64,000 bases of DNA from the human T2T-CHM13v2.0 reference genome, Homo sapiens, in NCBI RefSeq assembly GCF_009914755.1, contig NC_060935.1. One strand, given 5' to 3'. Below the pieces are notes generated by a model. It searched no databases. It had not been told where the DNA came from and was given only the letters and a program-made list of their open reading frames with translations. Of this stretch, positions 1-16,419 are shown in pieces (position 1 is the first letter of the stretch; every line of letters starts with the position of its first letter). The translations under genes and the position numbers were made by a program.

Positions 1-1140
1 GGTAAAAACAAGACCCTTATCAGATATATGGTTTGCAGATATTTTATTCTATTCTGTGGTTGTCTTCACTTTCTTGATGGTGTCTTTTGCAACACCAATA
101 TTTTACATTTTTATGAAGTCTAATTTATCTAGTTTCCTTTTGTTGCTTGTGCTTTTGGTGTCACATGGAAGAAACTGTAGGATTTTTTACAAAGATTTTT
201 GCCTATGTTTTCTTCTAAGAGCTTTATAGTTTTGGCTCTTTCATTTAGGTCTTTGAATCATTTTGAGTTAATTTTGTTATTGGTGTGAGGAAGGGGTCCC
301 AACTCATTCATTTGAATATGGATATTCAGTTGTCCCAGCACCATTTGGTGAAAAAACCATTTTACCTCCATTGAATGGTCTCGCTATCCTGTTGTAAATC
401 AGTTGACTGTAAATGTAAGTTTATTTCTGGGCTCTCAATTCCACTGCTTTGACCTATATGTCTATCTTTATACCAGTACCACATTACCTTGATTACTGGA
501 GCTTTGTGGTAAGTTTTGAGATCAGGATGAGTTCTCCACCTTTGTTCTTTTTCAAGGTTGTTTGGCTATTCTGTATCCCTTAATTTTTTCTTACAAATTT
601 TAGAATCTGCTTGTCAATTTCCACAAAGAAGCCAGCCAGTATTCTAATGGAGATTGGACCGAATCTGTAGATCAGTTTGGAGAGTATTGCCATCTTAATA
701 GTATATAGTCTTTTGATCCATAAATACAGGATGTCTTCTTGTTTATTATTTAGGTCTTCTTTAATTTCTTTCAAAGAAGTTTATAGTTTTCAATGTATAA
801 TATTGCACTTATTTTTAGCAGTTTATTCCTCAGTGTTTTATTCTTCTTGATGCTTTTGTAAATTGAATTGCTTTCTTAATGCAAGTGTATAGAACTATGT
901 ATAACTGATTTTGTGTAATGATCTTGTATCCTGCAAACTTGCTGAACTTGTTTATTAGTTACAATCATTTTTTAGTGGATAACTTAGATTTTTATTACAC
1001 AAGATTATGTCTTGTATGAGTAGAGATAGTTTTATTTGTTCCTTTCTAATCTGGATGCCTTTTGTTTCATTTTCTTGCCTAATCATCTTGGCTAAAACCT
1101 CCAGTACAATGTTGAATACATTTGTCTAGAATGAGCATCT
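1..1140 (-). mobile_element. Old L1 (L1M) ORF2 fragment
   Basis: ORF 580-774(-) KEIKEDLN...KMAILSKLIYRF...IDKQILKF resembles L1 ORF2 KEIKEDTNKW...KMAILPKVIYRF; T-rich antisense L1 text. Confidence 0.9.
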
Positions 1141-1690
1141 GCCCCACCCCACCCCCCTTCTTCTGGCTGCTCTTAAGATTTTTCTCTTTATCGTTGGCTT
1201 TCAACAATTGATTATGTGATGTCTTGGTATAGTTTTCTTCACGTTTCTTCCACTGAATGTCTTTTGAGTTTCTTGGATATATGGGTATATGGTGTTCATT
1301 AAATTTGAAGAAACATTGGGCATTATTTCTTCTAATATTTTTTCTGACTTTTCCCCTGAAACTCCAACTATGTGTATGTTAGCTTGCTTAATATTGTTCC
1401 AGAGTTTTTCATTTTTCAGTATTTTTCTGTGTTTTATTTTGAAATATTTCTACCTATGCCTTTGAATTTACGAATCTTTGCTTTGCAGTGTCTAATTCCA
1501 TGAAGTATATATTTTATTTTAGATACTATGTTTTTCATCTCTTGAAGCTTGACTTGCATCTTAATTATGTATTTCATTTCTCTCCTCATCATAGTCATAT
1601 TTTTCTCTATCTTTTTTACGTGGAGTGAGTTTATCATAGCTCTTTTAACATTTATGTCTGCTAATTCTGTCATCTGTGTCTTCCTACTTG

Positions 1691-2522
1691 TACTGTTTTT
1701 ACCCACAACACTTCTAACACTAAATGTGTGGTTTCTTTCCACACCAACAACCAATTTGGCAACTCTCTAGATGCCAACTGAGGGTCCTGCAATTTAATTT
1801 GATTCTGGTACTAATTATTATAACTGAAGTTAATGCAGACCCCACAGTTTAAGGGCTCAGTCCCGCAAGACTTCCCCCATTTCATAAGTCCCAGGTTGTC
1901 ACCTATACTTCTGGCCAACCAGCTATAAATTGGGGGTTCCTAGGACCCCTGCTCAGGTATGAACATTTGCTAGAATGGCTAACAGAACTCAGGAAAGCAC
2001 TTTATTTACTCTTTACTGATTTATTATAAAGGATACAACTCAGGAACAGCCAAATGGAAGAGACACCTAGGGCAAGGTATGCAATGGCGTGGAGCTTCCA
2101 TGACTTCTCCAGGTGTGCCACCTCCCCAGCACCCCGATATGTTTACCTGCCAGGAACTCTCCAAACTCTGTCATTTAGGGTTTTATGGAGGTCCTGTTAC
2201 ATAGGTACAACTGATTAAATCATTGACCATTGGTGAGTGAACTCAATCTCTAGCCCTTCTCCTTTCCCCAGTGGCTTAGGGGTGAGCTGCAAGTTCTAAT
2301 CCTCTAATCACATGGTTGGTTCCTTTGGCAGCCAGCCTCCATCATTAAGCTATCTAGGAGCCCACCAAGAGTCACCTCATTAGAATAAACTCAGGTATGG
2401 TTGAAAGTGGCTTATTGAGAATAAAAAAGATGTTCCTATCATGCAAGAATTTCCAAGGGTTTTAGAAGCTCTGTGTCAAGAACTGGGGACAAAGACCAAA
2501 TATATATTTCTTCTTGTGTGCA
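1691..2522 (-). mobile_element. MER21 (MER21C-like) solo LTR
   Basis: The reverse complement starts aagaaatatatatttggtctttgtccccagttc and ends cacatttagtgttagaagtgttgtgggtaaaaacag, as in MER21C. Confidence 0.75.
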
Positions 2523-2687
2523 CTGGTGATTGATTTTTCTCCTAGTTATGCATCTTCTCCTCCTCCTTTTTTGAATGCCTGGGTAATTTTTGATTAGATG
2601 ATAAATGTTTTGGATTTTACAATGTTGGGCTTTGTTTTATCCTTTAATAGTTAATGGTGGGCTTTGTTCTGACAAACAATTAAGTTA

Positions 2688-2901
2688 CAGGTTGAGTATC
2701 CGGAATATCCGAAACCTGAAACGCTCCAAAATCTGAAACTTTTTGAGAGCCAAATGACACTCAAAGGAAGGGCTCATTGGAGCATTTCAGATTAGGGATG
2801 CTGAACCAGTAAGTATAATACAAATATTCCAAAACTTGAAAAAATCCAAAATCTGAAACACTTCTGGTCTCAGGCATTTTGGATAAGGGATATTCATCCT
2901 A
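2688..2901. mobile_element. Tigger4a/MER46-type MITE (TcMar)
   Basis: TIRs CAGGTTGAGTATCC ... GGATATTCATCCTA with TA target duplications at 2686-2687 and 2902-2903. Confidence 0.85.
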
Positions 2902-3539
2902 TACTTGGAATCAGTTGGATCCTTCTGGGGTTTTCTTTTAGGCTTTGTTAGGGCAGGTCCAGAGCAGCCCTTGGCCGAGGGCTAAGTTGGCCTCACTACT
3001 AAAGAGTGCTCTTCTGAGGACCCTCCCTGATCTGATGTTCTGTGTATTAGGAGGTCTTTCTGCTCGGACTGGTGGGAACACAGAGTATTTCCACCCTTCT
3101 GTGAATTTCTGAGATTGCTCTGCTTACTTCTCTCTGTGGTTCATTCCCCAGCCTTGGGTCGTTTTCTCACAAGCATGTGCAGATCAGTACTCAGCCAGAG
3201 ATAAGGGAAGCCCTCTACAGGCCTCCGAAGCACATTTGTGCGTTATCTCCCTCCCCTCCCTCCATCCCTCCTTCTCTTTCTCAGTCTCTTGCTCTCTCAC
3301 TCTCTAGCTCTTCCTTCTGGAAACCCTTTCCAGGGAATAATCAGGGCACTTGCAGGGTTCACTTTGTTTGTTCTCTTTCCTCAGGATCATTGCCTTGCAC
3401 CACCTTTTGTCCAATGTCTGAACTGTCGTTTCATCTATTTCACCGGTTTTTAAATGTTAAGGCAGAAATGTAAATCTAGGCCCTGTTACTCCATTGTGAC
3501 TGAAGGCAGAAGTCTCTCCTTAGTTTTAGGCTCACCATT

Positions 3540-4670
3540 TTAAGTGCTTACTCTACATTCCCAACTGGATATCACACAGACCCCTCAAACTCAATGCATC
3601 CAAACTAACATCTTCTCTCACCAACCTGTCCCTCGTCTTCTATTTCCTATCTCCTGGGGGAAACCCAGCCCCAAATCTTAAAGGCCACTGTGACCTCTTT
3701 TTCACCATTCCCTGATATTTAATTAAATAAAATCCTTTCAATTTCATATTCTTTGTTAGGCCCAAATCTGTGCATCTCTTTCTTTTCTCTCTGACCACCA
3801 GATTACCTAGGTCCTCACGGTATTTAGTCTAAGTGACTATATAGCAGCCTGCAAACTGCCTCTTTGCCTCCAGCCATTTTACTCCAAGCCATGGGCCACA
3901 CTGAAGCCAGAGTCAGTTTTCCAAAGCATAGATAGGATCCTATCATCCCCCACTTAATGTATTTCAGTGGATTCTCTGAAGCAGGGCTGTCCAATTTTTT
4001 GGCTTCCTTGGGCCACATTGGAAGAAGAAAAATTGTCTTGGGCCACACATAAAATACACTAGCACTAACGACAGCTGCTTCACTTTTTTAAAATTTGCAA
4101 AAAATTTTCATAATATTTTAAGAAAGTTTACAAATTTATGTTGGGCCACACTCAAAGCCATCCTGGGCTACGTGCAGCCTGCAGGCTGCAGGGTGGACAA
4201 GCTTGCTCTAAAGCTTTAGCACAGAGCACTGCATTCTTAGTGGAGACAAAAGGCTGTTTACTATCTGGTTCCTGTTATATTCTCCAGCATCGTCTCCTCT
4301 CCTGCCTCTCCCCACTGCCAGCTGCACCAGCCCCCCAAACTCATGTACTCTTTTCCATTTCTGGGCTTCACCTGTGACTCCTTCCATATGTAGTGCTCTT
4401 CCCTGTCTTCACCTGGTAGACTTCTCACCAGCCTTCAAGACTTGGTATCACCTCCTCCAGGAAGCCTACTCAGATGTCCTCAATCACATGCAGTGCTAAA
4501 CTCTATCACAAGTCTTAGTAAATTTATATCAATCATGATTCCATCCAAATCTACTACTGGGCTGTGATCTCTCTGAGGGTAAGAACGTATCTTGCTTAGC
4601 TCAGTACCCTCAGTGGAAAGCCATGCACAGAATAGGTACTCATTATAAGTGCACTGGATGAAGGAATGGA
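3540..4670 (+). mobile_element. L2 3' fragment (split by MER30)
   Basis: L2-like text (ctcaaactcaatgcatccaaac ... ggatgaaggaatgga tail). Confidence 0.65.
3982..4205 (+). mobile_element. MER30 (hAT-Charlie)
   Basis: CAGGGCTGTCCAAT...GGACAAGCTTG ends; 8-bp TSD ctctgaag / ctctaaag. Confidence 0.9.
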
Positions 4671-5149
4671 GGTGTGGAGCCATGGCTGGTGGAAATGAGA
4701 TCCAAGGCCAGATGCCCTCGAGTGGCCTGGAGTCCCAATAGCAGAAGGGCTCTGTGCAGCAGGGCCTTCCTCCTAGATTCAGGCAATATTGAGCTTGAGG
4801 GTTTGTGCTGCCTCCCTGCTCTACTGCACAGGGGCTAGACTTAAGGAACTTGCCATTGCTGCATTTATACCTTTTGTTTCAAAGGGATCCCTGATGAATC
4901 ATCCAAACCTGCACGGAGCCTGAGCCCCAGGGAGGGTCCTTGGGGTGGCTGGGCCATCTCCTGCATGTGACTTAGAAACTGTGCCACAAAGAGCCTGATG
5001 CATCACAGGACATTTTTCTTGAAAAGAGATTTTAGAATAGGATGTGATGAAGGTCTTTGATGACTGTGATGTGCCACCATGCAATATAACTCTGCTAGAA
5101 AGGGTCCCATTTGCTCATCCATTTTAATAATTATTTATATCCTTCACTG

Positions 5150-5500
5150 TCATTTGATTACAAGCACCATGAAGGCAGGGCTGTATCTTTTTTTTTTCAT
5201 TGTTGTGTCCTCAGCCTACAGTGCATGTACACAGTGAGCACTCAGTAAATAATTTTCAAATGAATAATAATAGCTAACATTTGTTGAGGACTTATACCAC
5301 ACATGAGTCTAGGCCATTTACACACATTAACTCATTTCATAGTCACAGTAACCCTATGAGGTGAGTACTGTTATCATTCTCATTTTGTGGAAGAAAAATT
5401 AGACACATAGTGGTTAAGTAAATTGCCTGAGGTCACATAGTTAATAACTGGTGAGGAAAGCTTTCAAAGACTTCATGAATGAATGAATAAGTGAATGAAT
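5150..5500. mobile_element. L2 3' end (+) with a MIR (-) inserted in its tail
   Basis: L2 end cactcagtaaat...gaat, then MIR core 5265-5460, then (gaat)n resumes. Confidence 0.6.
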
Positions 5501-5548
5501 GTTTTAATTTAGAGTGTCCACAAAAAGGGACTACAATAGATGAAGGTG

Positions 5549-5878
5549 CTTTTTGTTTTGTTTGTTTTCTTTTTTAGATTTTTTTAATGAGATGAGGTCT
5601 TGTTCTGTCACTCAGGCTGGAACATGGTGATGCGATCATGGCTCACTGCAGCCCAGAAGTCCTGGGCTCAATCAAGTGATCCTCCCACCTCAATCTACTG
5701 AGTACCTGGAACTGTAGGAATATGCTGCCAGACCCAGCTAAATCTTTGTTTTCTTTTCTGTGGAGACAGGGCCTCATTATGTTGCCCAGGCCAGTCTGGA
5801 ACTCCTGGTCTCAAGCAATCCTCCCAACTTGGCCTCCTAAAGTGCTGGGATTACAGGCATGAGCCACTATGCCTGGCT
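5549..5878 (-). mobile_element. AluJ
   Basis: Full dimeric Alu in antisense with J-type diagnostics (tcctgggctcaa...gatcctccc). Confidence 0.9.
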
Positions 5879-6499
5879 GAAAGCTGTATTTTTTAAAACA
5901 ATCATCAGAGCATCAGACTTTCCATAATTTGGACTATTCATACTCAATATCAATTAATATATTTCTCTATATAATATGTAATGTTGTAATGTTATGTAAT
6001 TATATGTAAGATTAAATATATGCAATTAAGTATAATATTACATATAGCATATATCATTTGACATTACTGCATGCCAGACTCTGTATTGTTTTACATAAAT
6101 TATCATATTTAATATTCGTAATTCTGTCAAAGAGATATGAGAATCCCTATGAATTCCCATGGTATAGCTAAAGCTCAAAGTGGTTAACCTCAAACATAGA
6201 GAGCTTACTGCAAGGCAGGATTTGAACCCAAGTCTATTTGACTCCATATTCGTGCTCTTACCTGCTTTGCCATCCTCTCTCTTCTGTAGTCGGCCCAAAG
6301 CATGGGCTACCTTGTGCTTTCCAAACCCTTGCCCTTCTAGGAAGCTACCAAACCCTATGGCATAGTCTTCATTTCACAGCCTAACCCAAGGGGACTTTCA
6401 GTGCCCCAGGCAGGTTTTCCCAACCCCCATCCAGTAGGAAGAGCTGAGGCTTCCACAGCTCAGACCCCATGGTGTGTCATCCTGCTATTTTAGAACTTG

Positions 6500-6627
6500 A
6501 AGGGTGCCGTATTGGAGGCCATCCTAGACCAACTAAATCAGAGTCATTGAGAGTAGGGCCCAAGAATCTGAATTTTAAATAGATCTCCAGGTGATTCTGA
6601 TGTCCAGGCAGATTTGAGAACCACTGG
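6500..6627. mobile_element. MER5-type hAT fragment
   Basis: aatcagagtc...ggcccaagaatctg...ccaggtgattctgatg...tttgagaaccactg. Confidence 0.7.
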
Positions 6628-6734
6628 CCGAGGCCCAGCAAAGAGACAATGCATACCCCTCAGGAAAAGAAGTAGTGGCTTATTGCCCAGGCCACCTTCA
6701 CAGCACCTTTTAGAACCATGGTGGTATTATGTGG

Positions 6735-6800
6735 TATATATATATATATATATATATAGATAGATAGATAGATAGATAGATACACACACACATACATATA
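6735..6800. repeat. Compound microsatellite (TA)n-(TAGA)n-(CA)n
   Basis: tatata...tagatagata...cacacaca read directly. Confidence 0.95.
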
Positions 6801-6879
6801 AAATAAAATCACATTACTTTTATTGTGTAATTTTATTATGTAATTTTATTATATAACCATAATAACATATGTATGTAAT

Positions 6880-10640
<3,761 letters not shown>

Positions 10641-10649
10641 TAATTGTCT

Positions 10650-10976
10650 GTTTTTATTTATTTATCTTTATTTATTAATTTATCTATTTATTTTGAGACA
10701 GAGTCTCGCTCTGTCGCCCAGGCTGGAGTGCAGTTGCACGATCTCGGCTCACTGCAAGCTCCGCCTCCTGAGTTCACGCCATTCTCCTGCCTCAGTCTCC
10801 GGAGTAGCTGGGACTACCGGCGCCCGCCACGACGCCCGGCGAATTTTTTTGTATTTTTAATAGAGACGGGGTTTCACCGTGTTAGCCAGGATGGTCTCGA
10901 TCTCCTGACCTCGCGATCCGCCTGCCTTGGCCTCCCAAAGTGCTGGGATTACAGGCGTGAGCCACCGTGCCCGGCC
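10650..10976 (-). mobile_element. AluY with (TTTA)n tail
   Basis: Y diagnostics, CpG-rich; TSD aataattgtc at 10639 and 10977. Confidence 0.93.
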
Positions 10977-11009
10977 AATAATTGTCGTTTTTAAAAGTTT
11001 GAAATACTT

Positions 11010-11385
<376 letters not shown>

Positions 11386-11621
11386 CTATGGTTATTAATC
11401 TAATCAACTTTTCTACTTCTTTTTAAGTTTAGAGATTTATATTTTCTAGAATGTTCATTGTGTTGAGATTTTTAATTTATTAGTCTAGAAATATAGTAAG
11501 ATTCAGATGTGTACAGTCTCATCTGTATCTTTGATTACAGCCCTTTCTTAAGGGTTTGATTCTTTTATGGTCCTCTGACTTTCCACATGCCCCTCCTTGG
11601 GCCTGGCAGGGGCAAGGGCTG

Positions 11622-11654
11622 GAGAGAGAGAGAGAGAGAGAGACAGAGAGAGAG
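11622..11654. repeat. (GA)n microsatellite
   Basis: Read directly. Confidence 0.9.
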
Positions 11655-12287
11655 CACAAGTGGGAGTAGGGAACAGTTGTGGGCCCATGTCCATTTCCAT
11701 CAATTGGAATGGATATGTGTGAGCCTGTAGACATGTCCTCACCTGCATGCCATGTCATCTCCCAGCCCGAATGTCTGTTGTGGCATATCTATGCATACAC
11801 CTGGATGTGTGTCCTGGCATATGTATGTGTGTATGTGTTCCTCCATATATGTGTCAGCATGCATGCACACATGGTCTCTGCAGCCATGGAGATTTCCACT
11901 TTGTGTGAATATTGTGTACATGTTCCTGTGTGTACTGTACCTGTGTTCATACATGTGCATGGGTGTATGTTCCTGTGTTACTGTCACTGGGAGGCACATG
12001 GCACATCTGGCTAAAGGGATGGTAGAGTAGCTCAGCACAGCCTTGGTGCTTACATGGCTTATTCTCTGCCATTTTAAACAATCTCTCAAAGGGCCAGAAG
12101 GTGAAGAGGAGGTGGGCTTGGGCAAGATGGGGTGTGGAGGCTGGCCCGTCCTAGAGTCACTCTGTCATGACTAACCCAAGTCTGGAGCCCAGGCCTAGAT
12201 GCTCAGCCTGTGTCCCCTGGAAACCCCCTCAGCTAGACAGAGAGGAGAGGGTTTACTGTAACTCATCAGTCAGGGCAGCTGTCTGCT

Positions 12288-12301
12288 GTTGCCATGGAAA
12301 T
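12288..12301. promoter_or_regulatory. RFX X-box
   Basis: GTTGCCATGGAAAT matches the palindromic X-box GTTGCCATGGCAAC at 12/14. Confidence 0.5.
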
Positions 12302-12388
12302 CTGAAGGCAGCATCTTCTGCAAGGACCAGGATGTAGAGTCTAGAGAGGACAGGCTGCATCAGCCTGGTGGGATCAGTCTGGAGTGGC

Positions 12389-12419
12389 CTGTGTGTGTGC
12401 GTGTGTGAGAGAGAGAGAG
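12389..12419. repeat. (TG)n(GA)n microsatellite
   Basis: Read directly. Confidence 0.9.
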
Positions 12420-14435
12420 GTGGGAGGAGAATGCAAGATAGTGAGTGAGCTTTCTGAAGTGGGTGGCGCATACCTCACCATTGCTCTCTAAGGCCTCAGC
12501 CATTACTCTGGATTATCGCTGGGTGGCGCTGTAAGAAGGGGTGTACCCCTGAGATGGCTTCCCTGTGCCCATCAGGACCCGGTCTGGCCTGAGGCTGCTC
12601 TTAGAGTGTCCTGGGACCACCTAGACAGATGTGCTGGCATCTGCCCATCATGGGCCCCAGAGCCCACCCAGCATCTGCTGCACACTGGCTCCTCCTTGCT
12701 CAGATGATGGGGTGGTCCAGGAGGCAGGCCCTTACCCTGGCCGCACAGATGCTGGGTGATGGGAGCAGACAGACAGAGGCCCCTCACCCCAGGACTCAGC
12801 TCTGCTGCTGATGGGCTGGGGGTGGGGGCAAGGACAGGGCAAGAGTACAGGATGATGACTGGGGGACAGGATAGAGTCCAACCTTCAGGTGGAGCTGAGG
12901 GCTGGGACAGCCAATGACAGTGTGTGCCTCTGCCACTGCCTCAGTCTGGCAAGGCATAGGAAAGGAGCACCCCCTTGGAGTCCTGACAGCACCTGTGGAG
13001 TTGGAAGCAGGAGCCCTGGCCTCCCTGCTCACCTTCCCACTAGCCCCTTCGCTCAGGGCCCTGTGACTTCTGATCCCTCCCTGTGACAGGGGAGCCTGGG
13101 CTCAGCGTTCACTGCAGCCTGGGCAAGGCCCTTAAGCCCCCAAGAGTCCCGCTCTCACAGGGCATGGGAGGAGCTTCCAGAAGCAGATGGGTGTCCTTGT
13201 TTGGGTTGGGGGTGCTGGGGAGAGCAGGAAGGAGCTGGCTGCTGGAGCCGCCTGAGGCTGGATCTGGAGGACACAGAGGTGTTTAGCCAACAGTTCTGTC
13301 CTATCCCTTCTCAGCTCTCTGAAGTCCTCCCTGCACCTCAAGCCAGGGCCTGACCTCCAGGGAAGCAAGCTGTCACCACGAGGAAGTGCACCCTAGCTTT
13401 CCCACCTCGTGCTACCAGGATGCCCCTCACTCTCCTTAATCCAGGGCATGGGCTCAGAGGGCTGGCTGGGGTCTCCTGTCCTGGAATGTGCGGCCATATG
13501 GGAATGCCTTGAGTGTGTGAGGGCCATATGGGAATGCCTGTGCGTGGGGGTGGCATGAGTGTGTGCTGTGAGGTGTGAGTTTGGAGAGAAGTATAAATAA
13601 ATGATGGGCACATGTGTGTGGTGCGCATGCTTGTGCTGACAGGGGAAGGCAGGGGGACGTCTGGAGTGTCAGTGGGTTGTGGTGGGCAGGGTGAGGCATC
13701 CATTTCTGTGAAATGCCTGGGGGGAGGGAAAAGGTATTTGGCACAGTACATGTGGGTACAAAGCACATGAAGGAATTTTGGGTACATATGCGCATGGGAG
13801 CCTTTGTGGGGTGTGGTTTGGGTATGCAGGTAGGCTGTGTGTGAGGTAGAGCTGGAGGAAAATCTATCTGTGGAGTGTCTGAGGTGATGTGTGGGAGGCA
13901 GCTGTCTACAGGTGAGCTTGTCTCTGAGTGGTATATGGGGTGACATGTTGTTGTGTGTGATGTGGTTTGGGAGGGTGAGGGGTGTGCAGGCATGTCCCCA
14001 AAACAAGCACATGGTGTGTCTCAAGTAAGGTGTGGGGGCAGTGATGGGAATGAACTACAGTATGTAGGCCAAGTGTGTGGGGGAAGGGCAAGTGGGCGTT
14101 TCATTCTCTCCACACGTCACGAGTTAGAAGGCACCATTTTCCCCCTCAAAGTTGAGGAAACTGAGGCCCACAGAGTGGAAACAAGCTGGCTGGATCACAC
14201 AGCAGGGTCTGTTAGACTCTCAGGATCCCAGCTCTGGCAGCTCACAAGCTAGGCTCTGGAGGGCTGGGGAGGGGACTGGCCCTCTGGGTAATGGCAGTAA
14301 TGGAGGGTCCCATTCAGTTCTTTAGGGTGACTCTCCTGGAACTGGCCCACAGACAGCTCATGAGAATCGATTGCGCAATAAAGGAAAATGTTTGTAAGCC
14401 CTTTGCTCAACATAGCTGTTATTAAGAATCAAACT

Positions 14436-15412
14436 GGCCGGGCACAGTTACTCGCGCCTGTAATCCCAGTGTTCCTGGGCCAAACCGAGGGTCAGCTGCT
14501 TATTCTCAAGGCCCAATAACGAGATGCAGATGAACTGGGAGAGAGGGGAGTTTTTATTTCTGTAACCGGTCACAGGGAGAAGGCCTGGAAATTATTGCCA
14601 GACCAACTCAAAATTACAAAGTTTTCCAGAGCTTATATATCTTCTAAACTATATGTCTATGTGTAAGTGTGCATTCGTCTAAAGACATAAGTGATTAACT
14701 TCTTTTAATCTATAACTAAGATTCGAGTCCTGAAGACCTTCCTCTGGGGCCTCAGTAAATTTACTTAATCTAGATGGGTCCAGGTGCCAGGGGTAATTAC
14801 CCTTATCTTGTCCCCTGCGAAGTCACGGAGGTTTGGGGAGTTCCTTCAGCCCTCCAATAAAACTTATTTGTGGAGGCCTGGGGAGTTTCTTCAGACCCCC
14901 AATAAAACTTGTTTAACCTTAAACGAGGCCTGTTAAGAATTCCTTCATTATTTTGTCATGCTTTAAGGCCCAGGAAAGGCCTAGGCAAAACTCTTGGTGG
15001 GCTTTTGTTACATCCCAGCCTTTGTATAAGGGCACTGGTTCTGTCAGCTTTTAATATTTGACTTAACCACTCAGTCAGTACTGAAACAGTTGTTATGGAG
15101 GCCTGTGTTAGTGATGCCTGGCCTGCCGCACCAGCACTTTGGGAGGCCGAGGCAGGAGGATTGCTTGAGGCCAGGAGTTCGAGACCAGCCTGGGCAACAT
15201 GGTGAGACCCCCATCTCTACAAAAAAATACAAAAATTAGCCAGGCATGGTGGTACATGCCTGTAGTCCCAGCTACTCAGGAGGCTGAGGTGGGAGGATCA
15301 CTTGAGCCTAGGAGGTCAAGGCCACAGTGAGCCGAGATCACACCACTGCACTCCAGCCTGGGCTACAGAGCAAGATCCTCTCTCTCAAGAATTAAAAAAA
15401 AAAAAAAAAAAA
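14436..15412 (+). mobile_element. AluJ split by an LTR insertion
   Basis: ggccgggcacag...gtaatcccag [LTR] ccagcactttgggagg...poly(A). Confidence 0.92.
14470..15130 (-). mobile_element. ERV1-class solo LTR, 661 bp (family not firmly assigned)
   Basis: TG...CA termini; 4-bp TSD CCAG at 14466 and 15131; minus-strand TATA (~14633-14640) and AATAAA (~14553-14558). Confidence 0.88.
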
Positions 15413-16419
15413 GAAGCGGTATAAATTTAACATTAAACAAGTTATGTTTACAAAGGTAATATACTGAAAACTCACCACTTCGTATTCATTTTACTGCCTT
15501 TCCCTGCGCTTGTCTGTTGTGTCTGCGGGGTGGAACTGCCACGTGACCGTGCACTGCTGAGCATCTCCTCGCACTTCTATGCTCAGTCACATCACAGATT
15601 GGCCATGGCGAGGGTGGCTAGACCAGGGGAGTCAACAGGTGCTGCACATTAAGACCTGGTTTATTGTTTTGTTGATTGTCTAGACCTGAGAAAGTGATGG
15701 GAAAAAATACTACTAATGCAGATTACATTTTAAAGGGTGTCATGTTTATAGTTGCTCCATGGTGAATAGCAGAAAACAAAGATTTTTCCAGTATTCAGAA
15801 ACTATTAAGCTATTCAGCAAAGAAGTCACTCCGACCACCAGTGAAGGAGTGAAGTTCTGACATGTCTTTGTTGTTTCACTTTCAACTTACTTGTTAACAT
15901 AAATGAAAATATCAAGCAACATTAAGCTGGAACTACAGTAATTTGTCATTGCAACCGTAGGTTGGCTACAGATAAAGAGTTAGGCGAAACTCATTGAATG
16001 GGTTGATTTCTGGGACAGTCATCTGGCTATATGGAATTTACAATAAAGAATATTGGATATTTCATTAGTATTTGTAAATTATGTGCTATACATCCTTTGT
16101 GTCAGTAAAATTTATAATAAACTTATTGAGTCTACGCATGCAGACATTTTCTGGAGAGCTTGTTGTTAAATGTCACTGTTAACACCCCGTAGGCCCTCCA
16201 TTACACATAGTCCCAACATGTCTCCTTACTGTGCAGACGGTGAGGTAGGGTGGGGTGGAGGGACAGATGTAACTTGCAGAGACCCTGGGAGCAGTGTCTT
16301 AGGTTTCCAGACAAGCTGTGGCTTGTCACTAGATCAGCTTGACCTCCTCCTGGCCGGGGGCACTGGGGCTCAGGTGGGGGTCCCGTTCATTGGTCCCTTC
16401 TCTGTAGCAGGCTCAGGGA

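Larger units (their letters stand above)
1160..3520 (-). mobile_element. Old L1 5'/ORF1-region fragment, interrupted by MER21 and Tigger4a
   Basis: Typical antisense L1M 5' text (ctggctgctcttaagattttctctttatc); coiled-coil-like ORF 1434-1754(-). Confidence 0.65.
14325..16190. mobile_element. MER63-like hAT-Blackjack element hosting an Alu and an LTR
   Basis: Ends resemble MER63 (ctggaactggccc...gagaatcgattg; ttctggagagcttgttgttaaat...acacc). Confidence 0.6.

Noticed and set aside
580-1754. L1-like ORFs
   Set aside because: Short decayed L1 remnants, not functional genes
13338-14024. 228-aa and 179-aa minus-strand His/Thr/Pro-rich ORFs
   Set aside because: Translation of a TG-rich low-complexity tract; no domain or splice structure
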